Positions 19,449-30,390 of a stretch of 64,000 nt of DNA are shown here, piece after piece. A program made the position numbers and the translations under genes. Each line of letters begins with the position of its first letter. The stretch's first letter is position 1. The DNA comes from Occultella glacieicola. GTDB lineage: Bacteria; Actinomycetota; Actinomycetes; Actinomycetales; Beutenbergiaceae. The notes below the pieces were generated by a model. It ran no database searches and was not told the origin of the DNA. It saw only the letters and a program-made list of their open reading frames with translations. The DNA lies in NCBI RefSeq assembly GCF_004353825.1, contig NZ_SMNA01000002.1:124001-188000 (forward strand), in the 5' to 3' direction.

Positions 19449-20746
19449 TGGCACCTCCCGCCGACGACCGCGCCACCGGCCCGGACGAGCGCCGCATCGA
19501 GCACGTGCTGCGTACCGAGACGCCGCACGTGCTCGGTGCGTTGGTGCGCCGCTTCGGCCGGTTCGAGCTCGCCGAGGACGCGGTGCAGGAGGCCCTGTTC
19601 GTGGCGAGCCGGCGCTGGGCGGCCGAAGGGCTGCCCGACGAGCCGCGCAGCTGGCTGATCCGAGTCGGCTACCGCAAGATGGTCGATCTCATCCGGTCGG
19701 AGCAGGCCGCCCGGCGACGCGAGGACGAGGCGGCACGGGCCGACCCCGTCCTGGTCGACCCGACCCAGCCCGGACCGGCCGTGGTCGACCGCGACGACAG
19801 CCTGCAGTTGCTGCTGCTGTGCTGCCATCCGGCGCTCAGTGAGGTCTCCCAGGTGGCACTCACCCTCCGCGCGGTCGCCGGCCTGACCACCGGCGAGATC
19901 GCCCACGCCTACGGTGTCCCCGAGACCACCATGGGTACCCGGATCAGCCGGGCCAAGCGCACGCTGAAGGAAGCGGGTGCACGGTTCGAGATCCGCCACT
20001 CCGACGACCTGAGCGCGCGAGTCACAGCCGTGATGCGGGTGCTCTACCTGGTCTTCAATGAGGGCTACACGGCCACCGCCGGCGACGCGCTCACCCGCCC
20101 CGATCTGACCACTGAGGCGATCCGGCTGGCGCATCTGCTGCGGGCGCTCCTTCCCCGGGACCCCGAGGCGACCGGCCTGCTGGCACTGATGCTGCTCACC
20201 GACGCTCGCCGGGCCAGCCGCACCGACCGCGACCACGAGCTCGTGCTGCTCGGGGACCAGGACCGCACCCGGTGGAACCAGCACCAGATCCGTCAGGGAC
20301 GGGCGTTGATCGAGCAGGCATGGGCCCTGGATCGCGTGGGGCCGTACCAGTTGCAGGCTGCGATCGCGGCCACCCATACGCAGGCGAGCACCTCCACGGA
20401 GACCGACTGGCCGCAGATCGCCGCGCTCTACCTCTGGCTCGAACGACTGCAGCCGAGCGCGCCGGTCCGACTCAGCCGCACGGTCGCCGTCGCCCACGCC
20501 TTCGGGCCGCGCCGCGGCCTCGCCCTGCTTGACCAGTTCGAGCGCGAGCACGGACTGACCGACGATCCACTGGTCGCGCAGCGAGCCCGTGCCGTCCGTG
20601 CCCACCTGCTCGAGCGGGTCGGCGAACACGACTCCGCCCGAGCGGAGTTCCGCGCGGCCGCGGCGCTGACCGCCAACGGCGCCGAGCGCCGCTACCTGCT
20701 ACGCCGCGCACGCCCGAACGCGAGCCCGGGAGACCCGGCGCACTAG
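19448..20746 (+). CDS. ECF42-type RNA polymerase sigma factor with C-terminal TPR-like extension
   Basis: [57 protein letters not shown]; translationally coupled to the DGPF gene. Confidence 0.9.
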   Translation: MAPPADDRATGPDERRIEHVLRTETPHVLGALVRRFGRFELAEDAVQEALFVASRRWAAEGLPDEPRSWLIRVGYRKMVDLIRSEQAARRREDEAARADPVLVDPTQPGPAVVDRDDSLQLLLLCCHPALSEVSQVALTLRAVAGLTTGEIAHAYGVPETTMGTRISRAKRTLKEAGARFEIRHSDDLSARVTAVMRVLYLVFNEGYTATAGDALTRPDLTTEAIRLAHLLRALLPRDPEATGLLALMLLTDARRASRTDRDHELVLLGDQDRTRWNQHQIRQGRALIEQAWALDRVGPYQLQAAIAATHTQASTSTETDWPQIAALYLWLERLQPSAPVRLSRTVAVAHAFGPRRGLALLDQFEREHGLTDDPLVAQRARAVRAHLLERVGEHDSARAEFRAAAALTANGAERRYLLRRARPNASPGDPAH

Positions 20747-20753
20747 GACCGGC

Positions 20754-22037
<1,284 letters not shown>

Positions 22038-22221
22038 GCGCGCCTCACCTCTCCGATCTGCTGGTCAATCTGGTTGCCCGGCGTTGCGCCGTCATCCCAT
22101 TGTGCGTCATCGATCCTCGACAACAACCATTTCACACTACGTGCGCCACGTCTTTTGTTGCACGAACGGCCCGCCGCGTGTCGCCACGCGCCGGGCCGTT
22201 CGGGTCTCGGACGTCTGCCCG

Positions 22222-22896
22222 TCAGTTGCCGGCGGGCAACTGCGGTGCCTTGCGGCTCTCCAGCACCTGGTCGACGAGGCCGTACTCGAGCGCACCCTTG
22301 GCGGAGAGGATCTTGTCGCGCTCGATGTCGGTGCGGACGTCCTCCACCGCCTTGCCGGAGTGCAGCGCCAGGGTGTCCTCGAGCCACTCGCGCATGCGGA
22401 GCACCTCGGCGGCGTGGATCTCGATGTCGGAGGCCTGCGCGTACCCGCCGCCCTCGAGCGAGGGCTGGTGGATCAGCACGCGGGCGTTCGGCAGTGCCAG
22501 CCGCTTGCCGGGCGAACCGGCCGCGAGCAGCACCGCCGCCGCGGACGCCGCCTGACCGAGGCAGACCGTCTGGATCTGCGGCTTGATGTACTGCATCGTG
22601 TCGTAGATCGCCGTCATCGCGGTGAACGAGCCACCGGGCGAATTGATGTACAGGGTGATCAGGCCGTCCGGGTCCTGACTCTCCAGAACGAGGAGCTGGG
22701 CCATGATGTCGTCCGCGGACGCGTCATCGACCTGCACGCCGAGGAAGATGATGCGGTCCTCGAACAGCTTGGTGTACGGATCCTGCCGCTTGAAGCCGTA
22801 CGCGGTCCGCTCCTCGAACTGCGGGAGCACGTAGCGCGAGCTCGGCATCCGGCCTGCGGAGCCGCCGAAGTTCGTCGCCTGGGTGGAAAAGTTCAC
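22222..22896 (-). CDS. clpP2: ATP-dependent Clp protease proteolytic subunit 2
   Basis: [48 protein letters not shown] start. Confidence 0.96.
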   Translation of the reverse strand: MNFSTQATNFGGSAGRMPSSRYVLPQFEERTAYGFKRQDPYTKLFEDRIIFLGVQVDDASADDIMAQLLVLESQDPDGLITLYINSPGGSFTAMTAIYDTMQYIKPQIQTVCLGQAASAAAVLLAAGSPGKRLALPNARVLIHQPSLEGGGYAQASDIEIHAAEVLRMREWLEDTLALHSGKAVEDVRTDIERDKILSAKGALEYGLVDQVLESRKAPQLPAGN

Positions 22897-22928
22897 GGGT
22901 CTCTCCTACGAATCAGTGGTGGGCGACG

Positions 22929-23546
22929 TCAGTTGGTGGTGCCACCGCCGCCGGACACCGCGCTGGAGTCGGTGACGACGTGGTCGATGAAGCCGTACTC
23001 GAGGGCCTCGGCCGCGGTGAACCAGCGGTCCCGGTCCGCGTCGCGGTTGATCTCCTCGACGGTGTGCCCGGTCTGCTCGGCGGTCAGTTCGGCCATGACC
23101 TTCTTCATGTGCAGGATCAGCTCGGCGTTGATCTTGATGTCCGTCGCTGTGCCGCCGATGCCTCCGGACGGCTGGTGCATCATCACGCGGGCGTGCGGGG
23201 TCGCATAGCGCTTGCCCTTGGTGCCCGAGGCGAGCAGGAACTGACCCATCGACGCGGCCATGCCCATCGCCACCGTGGCCACGTCCGGCTGCACGTACTG
23301 CATGGTGTCGTAGATCGCCATGCCCGCGGTGACGGAGCCGCCCGGGGAGTTGATGTAGAGCCAGATGTCCTTCTCGGGGTCCTCCGCCGCGAGCAGCAGC
23401 ATCTGCGCGCAGATCTGGTTCGCGTTCTCGTCGCGCACCTCGGATCCGAGCCAGATGATGCGCTCCTTGAGGAGGCGGTTGAAGATGTGGTCGCCCAGCC
23501 CCAGTCCCTGCTGGTCCGACTGTGCGGCCTTGGGAATCTCGCTCAC
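22929..23546 (-). CDS. clpP1: ATP-dependent Clp protease proteolytic subunit 1
   Basis: [40 protein letters not shown]. Confidence 0.96.
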   Translation of the reverse strand: MSEIPKAAQSDQQGLGLGDHIFNRLLKERIIWLGSEVRDENANQICAQMLLLAAEDPEKDIWLYINSPGGSVTAGMAIYDTMQYVQPDVATVAMGMAASMGQFLLASGTKGKRYATPHARVMMHQPSGGIGGTATDIKINAELILHMKKVMAELTAEQTGHTVEEINRDADRDRWFTAAEALEYGFIDHVVTDSSAVSGGGGTTN

Positions 23547-23630
23547 GGTTGCTGCTCCTGATCGTCGGTTGTTGTCTCTGCGCTTGACACTAACGCCGAG
23601 TGCGGCCGGTATCTGCCCGCGGGTCGCAGG

Positions 23631-23646
23631 TTTCGCTGTTGGCGCA
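23631..23646 (-). promoter_or_regulatory. ClgR-type activator site upstream of clpP1
   Basis: Minus strand TGCGCCAACAGCGAAA (CGC-n5-GCG core); -10 TAGTGT at 23587-23592. Confidence 0.75.
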
Positions 23647-23670
23647 CGGGGTTCACCGCGGTTCGACGGC

Positions 23671-23705
23671 GGAGGTCCCGCACCCGGGGCGGGTGCGGGA
23701 CCTCC
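23671..23705 (-). terminator. Hairpin downstream of tig
   Basis: GGAGGTCCCGCACCC-n5-GGGTGCGGGACCTCC, perfect 15-bp stem. Confidence 0.7.
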
Positions 23706-23726
23706 TGCGCGTGCGTGGAGCCCGGC

Positions 23727-25250
23727 TCAGACCTTCGCGTCGGCCTCGTCGTCGGCGTCCTCCGGCGAGTCGGCCGAGTCAGCGGAATCTGCCGAGTCGG
23801 CCGAATCAGCAGAGTCGGCGGAGTCGGCCGAGTCAGCGGAGTCAGCGGACTCGGTGTCCTCGGTGTCCTCGAGGTCGACCTCGACGGTCTCGATGCCGCC
23901 GGCCTCGACGGTCTCGTCCGCCGCGGCCTGGGCGGCGGCGACGGCCGCCTGCACGGCGTCCTCCTCGTCGGAGCCGATGTAGTCGGTCAGGTCGACGTCC
24001 GCACCGGAGCCGTCGACGACCTTCACCTGTCGCAACGCCACGGCGAGCGACTTGTTCCGGGACAGTTCGGCCACGAAGGTCGGGATCTGGCCGTTGGAGT
24101 CGGCCTGCTGAATGAACTCGTTCGGGTCCATGCCGTACTGCTGGGCGGTCCGGAGCAGGAACTCGATCAGCTCGTTCTGGCCGACCTGCACCTCGACCTT
24201 CTCCGCGAGGGTGTCCAGCAGGAGCTGACGGCGGAGGGTGTCGGTGGCCTCGACGCGCACCTCTTCGCGGTGCGTGTCGTCCTCGAGCCGGCCCTCGTTC
24301 TCGAGGTGCCGGTGGATCTCGTCCTCGATCACGCCGCTCGGCAGCGGGAACTCGGTGTTCGCGAGCAGGTGCTCGAGGAGCTGGTCGCGGGCCTGCACGG
24401 CGCGGTTGTTGGACTTGGCGTCGGCGACCTGCTCGCGCAGGTTCTCACGCAGCTCCTCGACCGTGTCGAACTCGGAGGCGGTCTGGGCGAAGTCGTCGTC
24501 AACCTCGGGGAGTTCCTGCTCCTTGACGGCGGTCGGGGTCACGGTGACCTCCGCCTCCTCGCCGGCGCGGTCGCCACCGGCCAGCGGTGCCTTGAACGTG
24601 GTGGTCTCCCCCGCGCTCACGCCGGTGAGCGCCTCGTCGAGACCCTCGAGCATGTTGCCGGAGCCGATCTCGTAGGAGACCCCGGAGACGGAGTCGATCT
24701 CCTCGTCGCCGATGCTCGCGGTCAGGTCGATCGTGACGAAGTCACCGGTCTGGGCGGCGCGGTCCACGGAGACCAGGGTGGCGAACCGCTGACGCAGCGT
24801 GGTCAGGCGCTCCTCGACGTCGGAGTCGGAGGCCTCGGCGTCCTCGACCGTGAGGGTCACGCCGTCGAGCTCGGGCAGCGTGATCTCGGGACGGATGTCC
24901 ACCTCGGCGGTGAAGACCAGGGCGTCGGAGTCCTCGCCGTCGGTGGACACGCCCGGCACCGACGTGACCTCGATGCTCGGCTGGCCCAGCGGGCGCACCT
25001 CGGCCTCGGTCACGGCCTGGCGGTAGAGGCCCGGCAGCGCGTCGTTGACGGCATGCTCGACGACGGCGCCGCGGCCCACCCGCTGGTCGATGATGCGCGG
25101 CGGCACCTTGCCCTTGCGGAAGCCGGGAATGTTCACCTGCTCGGCGATGTGGGAGTAGGCGTGGTCCATGCTCGGCTTGAGCTCCTCCGGCGTGACCTCA
25201 ACGGTCAGCTTGACCCGGGTCGGCTCGAGGTTCTCGACGGCGCTCTTCAC
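23727..25250 (-). CDS. tig: Trigger factor
   Basis: VKSAVENLEPTRVKLTVEV, IPGFRKGKVP ribosome-binding motif; GTG at 25250; conserved tig-clpP-clpX order. Confidence 0.96.
   Translation of the reverse strand: MKSAVENLEPTRVKLTVEVTPEELKPSMDHAYSHIAEQVNIPGFRKGKVPPRIIDQRVGRGAVVEHAVNDALPGLYRQAVTEAEVRPLGQPSIEVTSVPGVSTDGEDSDALVFTAEVDIRPEITLPELDGVTLTVEDAEASDSDVEERLTTLRQRFATLVSVDRAAQTGDFVTIDLTASIGDEEIDSVSGVSYEIGSGNMLEGLDEALTGVSAGETTTFKAPLAGGDRAGEEAEVTVTPTAVKEQELPEVDDDFAQTASEFDTVEELRENLREQVADAKSNNRAVQARDQLLEHLLANTEFPLPSGVIEDEIHRHLENEGRLEDDTHREEVRVEATDTLRRQLLLDTLAEKVEVQVGQNELIEFLLRTAQQYGMDPNEFIQQADSNGQIPTFVAELSRNKSLAVALRQVKVVDGSGADVDLTDYIGSDEEDAVQAAVAAAQAAADETVEAGGIETVEVDLEDTEDTESADSADSADSADSADSADSADSADSADSPEDADDEADAKV
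23766..23846 (-). repeat. (Ala-Asp-Ser)x9 9-bp tandem repeat in the Tig C-terminal tail
   Basis: Nine nGAnTCnGC units on the + strand, varying only at synonymous positions. Confidence 0.9.
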
Positions 25251-25563
25251 TACGTGTTCTCCACTCATGGATGTCTTGGGGCAGGTCGCGCGAACGCACT
25301 CGGCGGCGGCGCCACCTCTTCGTTCGTCATTGGCGTCCGCAGACACGTGAGGGCACGGCGAAGCGAACAGCGGCCACCAGTCTACCCCGCTCGGGATCAC
25401 GCGAGTTCGGCGAGCCACCAGGTCCGCGCCCCGCGTCCCCTCGATCGGGACGACGGCGGCCGCGCTCCCCGCGAACGCGCACTCTCCATGTGTCCGTTCG
25501 AGTGATCCGCGGGGGAACCGCGCGTTCGGCAGGAAGGTCCCCAGGGGCCGGCCGGGCGAGCGG

Positions 25564-25863
25564 TCAGTGCAGCGTGACGGGGAACAACTCGGTTCGGGCG
25601 ACCACGCGATCGCGCTCGACGGCCAGGGCGGCGCGGCGTGGGTCCGCGAGGTAGGCGTCGAGGCCGGCCTGCCCGCCGAACCGGAACAACTGCACCTCGT
25701 GCGGCTGCCCGTCCGCGCCGTCCGAGGTGGCCCGCTGGACGATCTGGGCGCCGTGGTCGGCGAGCAGTACGAGCACCGTGTCCTCATAGATGGACAGGTC
25801 CGCCTCGTTTCCGGGCGTCGCCCACAGCAGGCAGCACAGGGTGAGCGGGTCGGCCGAACTCAT
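25564..25863 (-). CDS. Small DUF1330/dimeric alpha-beta barrel-like protein
   Basis: LTLCCLLWATPG...YEDTVLVLLADHG...QPHEVQLFRF...YLADPRR; start at ATG 25863. Confidence 0.7.
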   Translation of the reverse strand: MSSADPLTLCCLLWATPGNEADLSIYEDTVLVLLADHGAQIVQRATSDGADGQPHEVQLFRFGGQAGLDAYLADPRRAALAVERDRVVARTELFPVTLH

Positions 25864-25921
25864 GGACGTGGAGTCTGGCAGCGGGGCACGCACGGGCACA
25901 AGGACGGCGAGCGGGATCAGA

Positions 25922-26752
25922 TCAGGGGGCGAGCGGGGTCCAGAACGACCAGGGCTCCCCCTCGGGACCGGTCGCCCCGTACTCACGCACGCCGTAGGGC
26001 TGATCGGTCGGCGCGTAGGTGACCGTCCCACCCCGGGCGAGGACGCCCGAGTGGTGGGCGTCGACGTCCTGCACCGTGATGACCAGCATCCCGGTGGCGG
26101 CGCCGAGACTCGCCGGCGAGGCCAGACCCCACCGCGGCGCGACCGGGTGCAACATGACCAGCCCGTCGACGGTGCGGACCTCGGCCTGCACCACGGTGCC
26201 GGCCCGGTCCCGGCGCACCGGCCCCGGTTCGAGGCCGAACACCCGGACCAGGTACTCGTGGGCGCGAGCGAGATCGTCGTAGACCAGCACCGCGATCCGC
26301 CGCAGCGGCTCGGTGCGGGCGACCGCCGTGTCCTCGAGCACCGACAGCAATCGGCGACACACCCCCACATCGCCCACGCCGCCGCCGTCGGGCGCCTGGG
26401 ACGTCCCGTCCTCGACCGGTGCGGCGCGGACGTCACTGAGCCGGTGCAGCAGCCGCTCGGTGCGCAGCACCTCGTCCTCGAGCGTGGCCAGGTGCTGACG
26501 CAGCGCGTCGTCGATGGCCCAGCCGGGTTCGTCGAGGGCGCGGCCGATCTCCTCGAGCGGCGTCCCGAACCGGCGCAGCACGCTGATCCGGTAGAGCCGT
26601 TCGACGTGCTCCCGGAGGTAGACGCGATGTCCCGCGGGCGTGCGCTCCGGTCGCAGGAGGCCGATGTCGTCGTAGTGGTGCAGGGTCCGCACGGTGAGAC
26701 CGGCCAGGTCGGCGAGCTCACCGACCCGCCAGCCGACGTCCGCGGCCGCCAT
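25922..26752 (-). CDS. MerR-family regulator with C-terminal VOC/glyoxalase domain
   Basis: WRVGELADLAGLTVRTLHHYDDIGLL; C-terminal VQDVDAHH...PTDQPYGVREYGATGPEGEPWSF. Confidence 0.9.
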   Translation of the reverse strand: MAAADVGWRVGELADLAGLTVRTLHHYDDIGLLRPERTPAGHRVYLREHVERLYRISVLRRFGTPLEEIGRALDEPGWAIDDALRQHLATLEDEVLRTERLLHRLSDVRAAPVEDGTSQAPDGGGVGDVGVCRRLLSVLEDTAVARTEPLRRIAVLVYDDLARAHEYLVRVFGLEPGPVRRDRAGTVVQAEVRTVDGLVMLHPVAPRWGLASPASLGAATGMLVITVQDVDAHHSGVLARGGTVTYAPTDQPYGVREYGATGPEGEPWSFWTPLAP

Positions 26753-26754
26753 GC

Positions 26755-27138
26755 TCAGTCCTGCCGGGAGTTCAACGCCCAGCGGTGCCCGAACGGGTCC
26801 ACGAGCCAGCCCCGCTTCTCGCCGCCCTCACCGCTCGGCTCCCGGTCCGGGGTGGCACCCGCGGCCACCGCGGCCGCGTAGGCCGCGTCGACGTCGGCCA
26901 CGCCGAGCACGATCGCTGCCGTGCTGTGGCCCACGGTGGCGGGCGCGTAGGCGCCGTACTCGTGGAACTCGTCCGAGAGGTAGAAGACGTCGTCGCCGAT
27001 CGCCAGGGTGGTGTGGCCGATCCGGCCGTCCTCCTCGTCATAGCGCTCCCCGGTCTCCCGAGCTCCGAAGGCCGCCGCGTAGAACGCCACGGCCGCCGCA
27101 CCGTCGTGGACCGTGAGATAGGGAACCAGGCGTGTCAT
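26755..27138 (-). CDS. VOC/glyoxalase (PhnB-like) protein
   Basis: LVPYLTV...AVAFYAAAFGA...DGRIGH...SDEF...DPFGHRW. Confidence 0.9.
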   Translation of the reverse strand: MTRLVPYLTVHDGAAAVAFYAAAFGARETGERYDEEDGRIGHTTLAIGDDVFYLSDEFHEYGAYAPATVGHSTAAIVLGVADVDAAYAAAVAAGATPDREPSGEGGEKRGWLVDPFGHRWALNSRQD

Positions 27139-27187
27139 GACAGTCTCCTTCGTCCGCCGCGGCGGCCCGTCGTCGCCGCATGTGGCG

Positions 27188-27218
27188 ACCGTATGCCCTC
27201 ACGTCACGTGAGGTGCAA
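27188..27218 (-). promoter_or_regulatory. MerR-type promoter with TipA-like operator
   Basis: Minus strand TTGCAC-n19-TACGGT enclosing the dyad CCTCACGT-G-ACGTGAGG (27197-27213). Confidence 0.85.
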
Positions 27219-27260
27219 GGGGTCGCCCGCGAGCGGACCTCGCTGGCTACGATCGCAGCC

Positions 27261-28340
27261 ATGACCTCGTGGCCGGACACCCGGATCCTGGACCTGTTCG
27301 GGATCGAGTCGCCGATCGTGCTGGCGCCGATGGCGGGGCCTGTCCTGGCCGACCTGACCGTGGCGGTCGCCCGGGCCGGGGGCCTGGGGTCGCTGCCCTG
27401 CGCCCTGCTTCCCGGGGACCGGGTCCGCGCCGAGCTCACCGAGATCCGCTCCCGCACCGACGCCGCGATCAACCTCAACTTCTTCTGCCACAGCACGCCC
27501 GTGCCGGACCCGGTCGCCGACCTCGCCTGGCGGGCCCGGCTGGCCCCGTACTACATCGAGGCCGGTCTGGACCCGTCGTCCGCCCCGGGCGTCTCGAACC
27601 GCAACCCGTTCGACGGCGCAGCCTGCGAGATCGTCGAGGAGTTCGGACCGGAGGCGGTCAGCTTCCACTTCGGTCTCCCCGAGCCGACGCTCCTGGACCG
27701 GGTCCGGGCCACGGGCGCGAAGGTGCTCGGCTGCGCCACCACGGTGGCCGAGGCCCGGTGGCTCGTCGACCGTGGCGCGGACGTGATCATCGCGCAGGGC
27801 GCCGAGGCCGGAGGGCACCGGGGCATGTTCCTGTCCACGGACATCAGCACCCAGGTGGGCACGTTCGCGCTCGTGCCGCAGGTGGTCGACGCCGTCGACG
27901 TACCGGTGATCGCGGCCGGCGGCATCGGTGACCCGCGCACGATCGTGGCCGCCCTGGCTCTCGGCGCCGCCGCGGTGCAGATCGGCACGGCGTACCTGTA
28001 CACGCCGGAGGCGCGCATCGCCGTCGGGCACCGGGCCGCGTTGCTGGAGCAGAACGCGGACGACGCGACCGCACTCACGAACGTGTTCACCGGCCGCCCG
28101 GCCCGCGGCATCGTGAACCGTGCCATGCGTGAGCTCGGCCCCATGAGTGCGGCGACGCCCCCTTTCCCGCGGGCCGGTGGGGCACTCGCGCCGCTGCGCT
28201 CGGCCACCGAACCGTCCGGCTCCACGGACTTCATGTCGCTGTGGTCCGGGCAGGCGGGAGCGCTCAGTGCGCGGTACGCGGGCATGGGTGCCGAGGACCT
28301 CACCCGCACCCTGGCGCGTGAGGCCCTGGCGCGACTCTGA
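27261..28340 (+). CDS. Nitronate monooxygenase / NAD(P)H-dependent flavin oxidoreductase
   Basis: PIVLAPMAG, GGLGSLP, NLNFFCH, VSFHFGLP, QGAEAGGHRG, AAGGIGD; -10 TACGAT upstream (leaderless). Confidence 0.9.
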   Translation: MTSWPDTRILDLFGIESPIVLAPMAGPVLADLTVAVARAGGLGSLPCALLPGDRVRAELTEIRSRTDAAINLNFFCHSTPVPDPVADLAWRARLAPYYIEAGLDPSSAPGVSNRNPFDGAACEIVEEFGPEAVSFHFGLPEPTLLDRVRATGAKVLGCATTVAEARWLVDRGADVIIAQGAEAGGHRGMFLSTDISTQVGTFALVPQVVDAVDVPVIAAGGIGDPRTIVAALALGAAAVQIGTAYLYTPEARIAVGHRAALLEQNADDATALTNVFTGRPARGIVNRAMRELGPMSAATPPFPRAGGALAPLRSATEPSGSTDFMSLWSGQAGALSARYAGMGAEDLTRTLAREALARL

Positions 28341-28380
28341 CGGGCATTGCCCCGACGCCCCGGCGGGAGGACGATGTGCC

Positions 28381-28971
28381 ATGTTCATCGACACGACGGC
28401 CGAGAGCGCGGCTACCGGGGCGCTCGCAGACTGGTACCAGTCCCAGCGGAGCAGTTGGGGCTTCCTGCCCAACTACGCCGGCTGCTTCACCACCCGGCCC
28501 GACGTCGCGGACGCCTGGACCAACCTCAACCTGACGATCCGGGGTGGCATGGACCGGCGCCGGTTCGAGCTCGCGACGATCGCAGCCGCGCGGGCGCGAC
28601 GCTCGACCTACTGCACGGCCGCGCACAGCCTGTTCCTGCGGGACGTGGTCGGCGACGGCGACACCATGGCCGAACTCGCCCTCGCCCCCGACGGGCACAC
28701 CCTCCCCGCACAGGACGCCGCCCTGTACGCGTTCAGCTCCCGCGTCGCCCGGGACCCCTCCACGATCGAGCAGGCCGACGTCGACGCCCTCCGCGACGTC
28801 GGACTCACGGACGCCGAGATCGCCGACGTCGTGCTCGCGGTCGCGGCCCGGCTGTTCTTCGCCACGGTCCTCGACGGCCTGGGCGCGCGGCTCGACCCGC
28901 AGACGGCGGCCACGTTCGAGCCGGACCTGCTCGCGGCGCTGGTGGTCGGACGGCCTGTCGGTGGGGACTGA
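28381..28971 (+). CDS. Carboxymuconolactone decarboxylase/AhpD-like protein
   Basis: GFLPNYA, RRFELATIAAA, STYCTAAH, LRDVGLTDAEIADVV. Confidence 0.78.
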   Translation: MFIDTTAESAATGALADWYQSQRSSWGFLPNYAGCFTTRPDVADAWTNLNLTIRGGMDRRRFELATIAAARARRSTYCTAAHSLFLRDVVGDGDTMAELALAPDGHTLPAQDAALYAFSSRVARDPSTIEQADVDALRDVGLTDAEIADVVLAVAARLFFATVLDGLGARLDPQTAATFEPDLLAALVVGRPVGGD

Positions 28972-29064
28972 GCGCGTCCTGTCGCCGGGTGGCAGGAGCC
29001 GTCGTCACGACCGGCTCGTGCCTCGCCGGGCGTTCCTCCTCCCGGCATCGTGTCACCGCGACAT

Positions 29065-29104
29065 TGAACAAGGCCAGAACGGCTGCGCCGTCTGGCCTTG
29101 TTCA
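29065..29104 (-). terminator. Hairpin immediately 3' of tRNA-Pro
   Basis: TGAACAAGGCCAGA ... TCTGGCCTTGTTCA, 14-bp stem. Confidence 0.6.
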
Positions 29105-29107
29105 TTG

Positions 29108-29181
29108 TCGGGGTGACAGGATTTGAACCTGCGACCCTTGCGTCCCAAACGCAATGCGCTACCAAGCTGCGCCACACCCCG
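29108..29181 (-). tRNA. tRNA-Pro(TGG)
   Basis: CGGGGTGTGGCGCAGCTTGGTAGCGCATTGCGT-TTGGGAC-GCAAGGGTCGCAGGTTCAAATCCTGTCACCCCGA; CCA not encoded. Confidence 0.97.
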
Positions 29182-29248
29182 CTGGTGTCATGAGTCTAGC
29201 GATGACCGAGCACCCCGGATGACCCAGTATCCTTGTGGACGAGTCATT

Positions 29249-29322
29249 GCGGGTGTAGCTCAATGGTAGAGCCTCTGCCTTCCAAGCAGATGGTGCCGGT
29301 TCGATCCCGGTCACCCGCTCCA
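29249..29322 (+). tRNA. tRNA-Gly(TCC)
   Basis: GCGGGTGTAGCTCAATGGTAGAGCCTCTGCCTTCCAAGCAGATGGTGCCGGTTCGATCCCGGTCACCCGCTCCA. Confidence 0.97.
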
Positions 29323-29327
29323 GACCC

Positions 29328-29361
29328 CGAACGCCCGGGCCGGCCACGGCCCGGGCGTTCG
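29328..29361 (+). terminator. Hairpin after tRNA-Gly
   Basis: CGAACGCCCGGGCCG-GCCA-CGGCCCGGGCGTTCG, perfect 15-bp stem. Confidence 0.7.
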
Positions 29362-29498
29362 TGCGTCCCCGCGCCCCGACCGGCCGCCGCCGACCCACCT
29401 TGGGCACGTGCCGCCGTCGGGCATCAACGAACGACGGCCGCCCCCTCACGAGGAGGGAGCGGCCGTCGGAGTCTGTGCCCAAGGGGCGCGCTCGTGGA

Positions 29499-29669
29499 TC
29501 AGTCGTCGGTGTCGACCAGGCCACGCTCGGCCGCACGGGCCAGGCGCCGGGGCACCTTGACCTCGCGCCCGCCGGCGCGGACAGGTACGAGGTCCGCCGC
29601 CGTCATCTTCCACTGCGAGCGACGCGCACGCGTGTTGCTGCGCGACATCTTCCGCTTCGGAACTGCCAT
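29499..29669 (-). CDS. rpmF: 50S ribosomal protein L32, Cys-free (zinc-independent) form
   Basis: Too short for the ORF track. Manual translation: [64 protein letters not shown]. Confidence 0.93.
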   Translation of the reverse strand: MAVPKRKMSRSNTRARRSQWKMTAADLVPVRAGGREVKVPRRLARAAERGLVDTDD

Positions 29670-29773
29670 GGCTCTACCTCCCCTTCCGTCCTCGATGGAG
29701 CATCGTCGTGAACTGCCTCACGCCGATGCGTGATGCGACCGTCGGTGACCCGGTACGGGTCCCGCCGGAGAAA

Positions 29774-30031
29774 TCAGGCGTTCTCGCCGGACTTGGCGTA
29801 GCGGCGACGGAACTTCTCGACGCGGCCGGCGGTGTCCATGATCTTCTGCTTGCCCGTGTAGAACGGGTGCGAGGCGGCGGAGATGTCGACGTCGACCACC
29901 GGGTACGTGTTGCCGTCCTCCCACTCGACCGTGGCGTCCGACGTCAGGGTCGACTTCGTCAGGATCGAGAAGTTCGCCGAGATGTCCCGGAACACGATCG
30001 GGTGGTAATCCGGGTGGATGTCGTTCTTCAT
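29774..30031 (-). CDS. rpmE2: 50S ribosomal protein L31 type B
   Basis: [16 protein letters not shown]...WEDGNTYP...SHPFYTGKQ...[10 protein letters not shown]; no Cys. Confidence 0.95.
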   Translation of the reverse strand: MKNDIHPDYHPIVFRDISANFSILTKSTLTSDATVEWEDGNTYPVVDVDISAASHPFYTGKQKIMDTAGRVEKFRRRYAKSGENA

Positions 30032-30084
30032 GTCTTTTCCTACCTAGTTCCTTGCCTGGTGCGGCTGCGTGGGGATTGTGCGGG

Positions 30085-30390
30085 TTACCAGCTGGACTTC
30101 GTCACGCCCGGCAGCTCGCCGCGCAGTGCCATGTCACGGAGCTTGACCCGCGAGAGTCCGAACTTGCGGAGGTAGCCGCGGGGGCGTCCGTCCGCTGCGT
30201 CCCGGTTGCGCACACGCGTGGGGCTCGCGTTCCGGGGCAGGGCGTGCAGAGCGGCCAGGGCCGCGTCGCGCTCGGCCTCGGGGACGTTCGGGTTGACCGA
30301 CGTCTTCTTCAGCTCGGCGCGGCGCTCGGCGTACCGTGCCACGATCACGCGACGCTGTGCGTCGCGGGCGATCTTGGACTTCTTCGCCAT
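30085..30390 (-). CDS. rpsN: 30S ribosomal protein S14, 101-aa Cys-free form
   Basis: MAKKSKIA...[14 protein letters not shown]...GRPRG...[11 protein letters not shown]. Confidence 0.96.
   Translation of the reverse strand: MAKKSKIARDAQRRVIVARYAERRAELKKTSVNPNVPEAERDAALAALHALPRNASPTRVRNRDAADGRPRGYLRKFGLSRVKLRDMALRGELPGVTKSSW

Noticed and set aside
23766..23846. Tandem repeat as a CRISPR array
   Set aside because: 9-bp in-frame coding units with no spacers and no cas genes.
25391..25410. Weak resemblance to the tRNA-Pro 3' end (possible att duplication)
   Set aside because: Too many mismatches over a short length, and no integrase nearby.
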